DNA of 64,000 bases, taken from contig JABGPJ010000058.1 in the NCBI GenBank assembly GCA_018645005.1, positions 30,965-94,964 of the forward strand, read 5' to 3'. This document shows positions 60,367 to 64,000 of the stretch, one piece after another. The position numbers and the translations under genes were made by a program. This DNA is from Deltaproteobacteria bacterium (GTDB taxonomy: Bacteria; SAR324; XYD2-FULL-50-16). Position 1 is the first letter of the stretch. Every line of letters begins with the position of its first letter. Under the pieces are notes generated by a model, which made no database searches, had not been told where the DNA came from, and saw nothing but the letters and a program-made list of their open reading frames with translations.

Positions 60367-61221
60367 ATGATGAAAGAAAAACTAAATCAATACGCTGAAA
60401 ATATTACTTCTCAATACGGAGAAGATGGTATCATTAAATATATCATAGAGCATGCGAACGGAGACATTATTAAATCAGCATGTGAATTTGGTGCCTGGGA
60501 TGGGAAACATCTATCAAATATTTTCACACTCTGGCATAAAAAAGACTGGCGTGCCTACCTGATAGAAGGTGATCCACAAAGGCATAAAGATCTTGAAAAA
60601 AGCTATGGGCATCTACAAAATATTGATAGTGTCTGTGTCTACCTCACATCTGACGGGGAGAACTCTCTCGACCAGATATTTCTTAAAAATGATTGGGATG
60701 TAAATCTCGGACTTCTATCCATTGATATTGACTCATATGACTACCATATCTGGGCAGAATTAGAGCACGTCAATCCGCAAATAGTCGTTATCGAGTATAA
60801 CAGCCTGATTCCGCCTTATATAGATTATCACGATCCAAAAGGTGAGAATTTTCTCCGTTGTTCTATTAAAGCACTGGAAAACTTAGGAAATAAAAAAGGG
60901 TATAAGCTCATCAGTAGTACAGTAACAAATGCATTTTTCATCAAACAAGATCTGTTCAATAAGGAAAAATTTCCTGATATGCCCGCTGAATATCTATTCG
61001 ATTATGAAGGGAACAGAAAAAACAAGACACTTGAACCGGTAGTTGTCGGTTCTCAGCTTATTACGGCGTATCCGGTGTTTTCAAGCCCCCCCCCAACAAC
61101 TATTAAGGTCTATTACAATTTGAGAAAACTGGCCGCAAGATTTTTCAAAGGTGGTCCTAAAAGACTTCCCCCGTCTGACATTGTCAAGGATCAATTAAGA
61201 AAGTCAGGACTGTTTTATTAA
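60367..61221 (+). CDS. Hypothetical protein, possibly FkbM-like SAM-methyltransferase fold
   Basis: N-terminal SQYGEDGII and CEFGAWDGKHLSN resemble the SQxGED / xxGAxxG start of FkbM-type (Methyltransf_21) proteins. This is a weak assignment. Confidence 0.35.
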   Translation: MMKEKLNQYAENITSQYGEDGIIKYIIEHANGDIIKSACEFGAWDGKHLSNIFTLWHKKDWRAYLIEGDPQRHKDLEKSYGHLQNIDSVCVYLTSDGENSLDQIFLKNDWDVNLGLLSIDIDSYDYHIWAELEHVNPQIVVIEYNSLIPPYIDYHDPKGENFLRCSIKALENLGNKKGYKLISSTVTNAFFIKQDLFNKEKFPDMPAEYLFDYEGNRKNKTLEPVVVGSQLITAYPVFSSPPPTTIKVYYNLRKLAARFFKGGPKRLPPSDIVKDQLRKSGLFY

Positions 61222-61278
61222 TTCAACAGAGGTAAAAAAAATTACTTCTATTTCCAAAAAAATGAAGGTTATATCGAC

Positions 61279-62790
61279 ATGCATAACAGGGTTAAGAGCT
61301 TTTTTGGTGGATTGATCGTTGATACCCTGAGCTTACCGCTGACAATGTTTATCGGTATTCTAATAACACCACTTTTTTTCCGCTTTATTTCAGTTGCGGA
61401 ATTTGGTTACTGGGTCACCGTTCTGGACTTTGTAGGTTTTTTGTATATTCTAAATACGGGAATTGCCATCTATCTTGTTCAAACAATTGCCAAAGAGGCC
61501 ACAACCGGAATTGAAGATACCAAAGTTTCAATCAGTTCAGTGACTGTTTTTCAGTTTTCCTTAGTTATTGTGCTGCTGCTTGTATGCCTTTGTGTCTATA
61601 TTTTTTATCCTTCTTTTGGTGATCAGACAAACCAGTTTGTGGACTATCACTTTTTTATTGGATTAATGGGTATTTTTGTCGCCGCTAACGCTATCTGGGG
61701 ATGGCAAAATGGTATTCTTTACGGACAGAATAGAGTAACCCTATCAAACACTCTGGGGATGATACAAAAGCTTTTGATGCAATTGTTGCCGATCTCATTT
61801 CTTTTCATTGGTTTTGGTCTAATCTCATTCCCGATCTCATATATTATTATCAGTCTAATATTGGTTGTTTTATCAACCTTTTTTACGTGGAATTACCTTA
61901 AACAGCGGTTTTCTTTTTCATCTATCAGACGGGAGCGAATAAACGATATCTCTCTCTTTAATTTCAGAAGCATGATGGGTGGCACAAGTTATTATGTGCT
62001 TAATTTTACGGACACCATAATTATTGCAAATTTCTTGTCTTCGTCTAGCGTGACGGTTTATGTACTAACGATGAAATTGGCAAATTTCGCCAAGTTTATA
62101 CCCGGTAAAGTCATTTCTCTGGCTTTTCCCAGTATTGCGCAGTTGATCGCCGAAAAGAACTATGAAAGATTGCAGCCGGTTTCAATTAAGCTGTTTAAAG
62201 TTGGGCTTAGAATTGGTCTATTTTCAGGGGCAGTCATATTTTTTTTAAATGGGTTGTTTGTCCCCCATTGGGTCGGTTCAGACAAGTTTGGCGGAAAAAT
62301 GCTCAGCTATATGTCAGCAGTAATTTGTTTGCGGGAATCTATTGCTTTGTTATTTATACATATAATCTATTCAACCAGAGAGATTAAGACAATCAATTAC
62401 ATCCTTTTTTTCGAAGCCATCGCCAATATTATTCTCTCCATTATCCTTCTGAGATTTTTAGATATAAACGGGGTTGCGTTAGCGACTATTATATCGTCCT
62501 GTTTTCTCTCCCTTGGATATGCATGGTACAAGGCATCCAAAATTATTCATGCAACGAAATTCCATTTCATACGTCCACTGATTCACACAATAGTATACTT
62601 TTCACCGACATTCGCCATACTCTGGGTTGGAAGTATTCTTATTGGACATGATTTTTCCTGGATTTTATTTGTTGGGTTAGTTTTAATTGCCGGATTAATA
62701 AATGTTATTTGTTTTGAAGGAACAACAATTTACAAATATCGCAAACTGTCAGTCAAAGAAATTGCTTTCAAGGTTATTAATGAAGCATAG
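61279..62790 (+). CDS. MOP-superfamily polysaccharide flippase (Wzx-like)
   Basis: 503 aa with about 12-14 TM helices. The position within a glycan cluster and the typical two-lobed hydrophobic layout support the call. Confidence 0.7.
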   Translation: MHNRVKSFFGGLIVDTLSLPLTMFIGILITPLFFRFISVAEFGYWVTVLDFVGFLYILNTGIAIYLVQTIAKEATTGIEDTKVSISSVTVFQFSLVIVLLLVCLCVYIFYPSFGDQTNQFVDYHFFIGLMGIFVAANAIWGWQNGILYGQNRVTLSNTLGMIQKLLMQLLPISFLFIGFGLISFPISYIIISLILVVLSTFFTWNYLKQRFSFSSIRRERINDISLFNFRSMMGGTSYYVLNFTDTIIIANFLSSSSVTVYVLTMKLANFAKFIPGKVISLAFPSIAQLIAEKNYERLQPVSIKLFKVGLRIGLFSGAVIFFLNGLFVPHWVGSDKFGGKMLSYMSAVICLRESIALLFIHIIYSTREIKTINYILFFEAIANIILSIILLRFLDINGVALATIISSCFLSLGYAWYKASKIIHATKFHFIRPLIHTIVYFSPTFAILWVGSILIGHDFSWILFVGLVLIAGLINVICFEGTTIYKYRKLSVKEIAFKVINEA

Positions 62791-62847
62791 AGGAAAAAGC
62801 AGTAGATAACCTATTTCTGCTGTTATTTTCAATCGAACTGCACTTAC

Positions 62848-62953
62848 TTAGGGATCGATCATAAATAACTTCACATAATCTATTTGCAAAAGTCCCTAAA
62901 GCACTGGACATTTTGCAAACAGAATGTGAGCTAATTTATGAGCCGACCCTTAG
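62848..62953 (+). repeat. 106-nt palindromic repeat, copy C
   Basis: TTAGGGATCGATCATAAATAACTTCACATAATCTATTTGCAAAAGTCCCTAAAGCACTGGACATTTTGCAAACAGAATGTGAGCTAATTTATGAGCCGACCCTTAG. 98/106 identical to the reverse complement of copy A. Ends 15 nt before the GT10 start codon. Confidence 0.9.
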
Positions 62954-62968
62954 AACTAGCTGAGCCAC

Positions 62969-64000
62969 ATGACACCACTAGTTATTCTTGATTCTTCTCA
63001 TCCTTTAGTAAGACAGAATCGCTGTTTTGAAAAGTCTGAAATTGATGCTTTGCACGGCAATTCTTTTTACTTTCAATTACAACAGGAAGGAAAAAAAAGA
63101 GGGTTTGAGTTTATCACGGCAGATGAGTATCTGACCATGAGCCACTCGCCTTTTGCGCTTTGCGTAACTGATATGTTTTCACCTTACACTGAAAAAGTAC
63201 TAGAAAAAGGTGCATTCCCAGCTGTGTGTTCCTCTATGGAGTCACCAATTATCGCAAAAAAATTCTATCACCATATAAAAAAATATTCAGGTCACTTTCG
63301 CTACAACATTCAATTTCGTGGAACCCAGGAACGGTTTAGAGACCTGAAAACAGATTTTCATACTATGCATTACCCGGTTGAAAGACTTTTTCCCCCTTTA
63401 TCAGATACCACTTGGAAAAATAAAAAATATTTAACTCTTATCAACAGAAATAAAAGAAGCTTAATACTTGATTTTAAGGGTTTGAACGCTATAAAAACTC
63501 TGGCAAAGGTTGCTGTGTTTAAATGGTGGCAGTTGACAGATCCATGGATGAGATCAAGAGAAATATATGTAGACCGTATTAAAGCCATACACTATTTTTC
63601 ACAATATTCTGATTTGCACCTCTATGGAGAAGGCTGGGATGAACCCGTTTCAGGATTTAGTAAGAAATATCATGAAAGTGCCCGGAAAGCCTGGAAACAG
63701 ACACTGCCTTTTCGGGAGAAAAATCCCACATTAAACAAATATCGCTTTTCACTTTGCTTCGAAAACTGTTCATTTCCTGGATACATAACCGAAAAAATAT
63801 TCGACTGCTTTCATTCGGGTTGTATCCCTGTTTACTTCGGAGCACCAGATATTACCGACTTTGTTCCCAAGCTGTGTTTCATCGATTATCGGGATTTTAA
63901 AAGCTTTACACAGCTGGATAAATTTTTACGAGAAATGAGCGAAGAGACGGGAAAAGAGTACCTTGATGCAGCATATTCATTTCTTCAAAGTCCAGAGTGT
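62969..64000 (+). CDS. GT10-family alpha-1,3/4-fucosyltransferase (3' end beyond the window)
   Basis: Absent from the supplied ORF track because it has no in-window stop. My translation from the ATG at 62969 is open for 344 codons and contains YRFSLCFENCSFPGYITEKIFDCFHSGCIPVYFGAPDI, the FxLxFENSxxxGYVTEKxxDxxxxGxVPVYxG signature of GT10. Confidence 0.8.
   Translation, partial: MTPLVILDSSHPLVRQNRCFEKSEIDALHGNSFYFQLQQEGKKRGFEFITADEYLTMSHSPFALCVTDMFSPYTEKVLEKGAFPAVCSSMESPIIAKKFYHHIKKYSGHFRYNIQFRGTQERFRDLKTDFHTMHYPVERLFPPLSDTTWKNKKYLTLINRNKRSLILDFKGLNAIKTLAKVAVFKWWQLTDPWMRSREIYVDRIKAIHYFSQYSDLHLYGEGWDEPVSGFSKKYHESARKAWKQTLPFREKNPTLNKYRFSLCFENCSFPGYITEKIFDCFHSGCIPVYFGAPDITDFVPKLCFIDYRDFKSFTQLDKFLREMSEETGKEYLDAAYSFLQSPEC

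Noticed and set aside
62898-62915. Sigma-54-like CTGGACATTTTGCA inside each copy of the 106-nt repeat
   Set aside because: GG and GC are separated by 7 nt instead of the required 10, so the spacing is incompatible with a -24/-12 promoter.

Overview
Visibly AT-rich chromosomal segment from a diderm (Gram-negative-type) bacterium. GC content was not computed and the lineage cannot be assigned from sequence alone. I support about 57 protein-coding genes. Reading both strands by eye, I found no rRNA, tRNA, CRISPR array, integrase or prophage. The backbone is housekeeping: dxr-rseP, panE, sppA, aspartate kinase, nth, pheS-pheT, gatA, rsmB, hpf, gloB, folK, an IHF/HU-like gene, mutM and ligA-trkA. 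Envelope and secretion genes are interspersed: a CaCA antiporter, beta-barrel-like outer-membrane proteins, a 970-aa TPR protein, bactofilin, a lone GspD-type secretin, TatA/B and a TlpA-like redoxin. From about 54.2 kb to the window edge there is a surface-glycan cluster: GT2, a CgeB-like GT, an Fcl/ColC-like enzyme, a ColD/E1-like 3-dehydratase, a B12-radical-SAM enzyme, an FkbM-like protein, a Wzx-like flippase, and a GT10 fucosyltransferase that the ORF track missed because it runs off the end. Main points for follow-up: (1) A 106-nt palindromic repeat has three ungapped copies with compensatory base-pair substitutions. All three sit in the same orientation relative to local transcription, and two of them bracket six glycan genes. 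(2) A 231-bp MITE-like element with 15-bp terminal inverted repeats and a 9-bp target-site duplication lies upstream of ligA. (3) A ThyX-fold protein has its catalytic RHR..S motif degenerated and carries a Cys/His-rich tail. (4) About 8 kb of consecutive orphan genes is dominated by a 1330-aa protein with no motif I can recognise. (5) A 394-aa protein has four tandem repeat modules, an AT-hook and a coiled coil. It sits next to a 48-codon remnant of a sirtuin gene. (6) Two tightly packed minus-strand clusters pair housekeeping with non-obvious functions: pheST + membrane protein + bactofilin, and small ORF + 48-aa-repeat protein + radical SAM + TlpA + TatA. All functional calls rest on motif recognition by eye. 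No database search was run.
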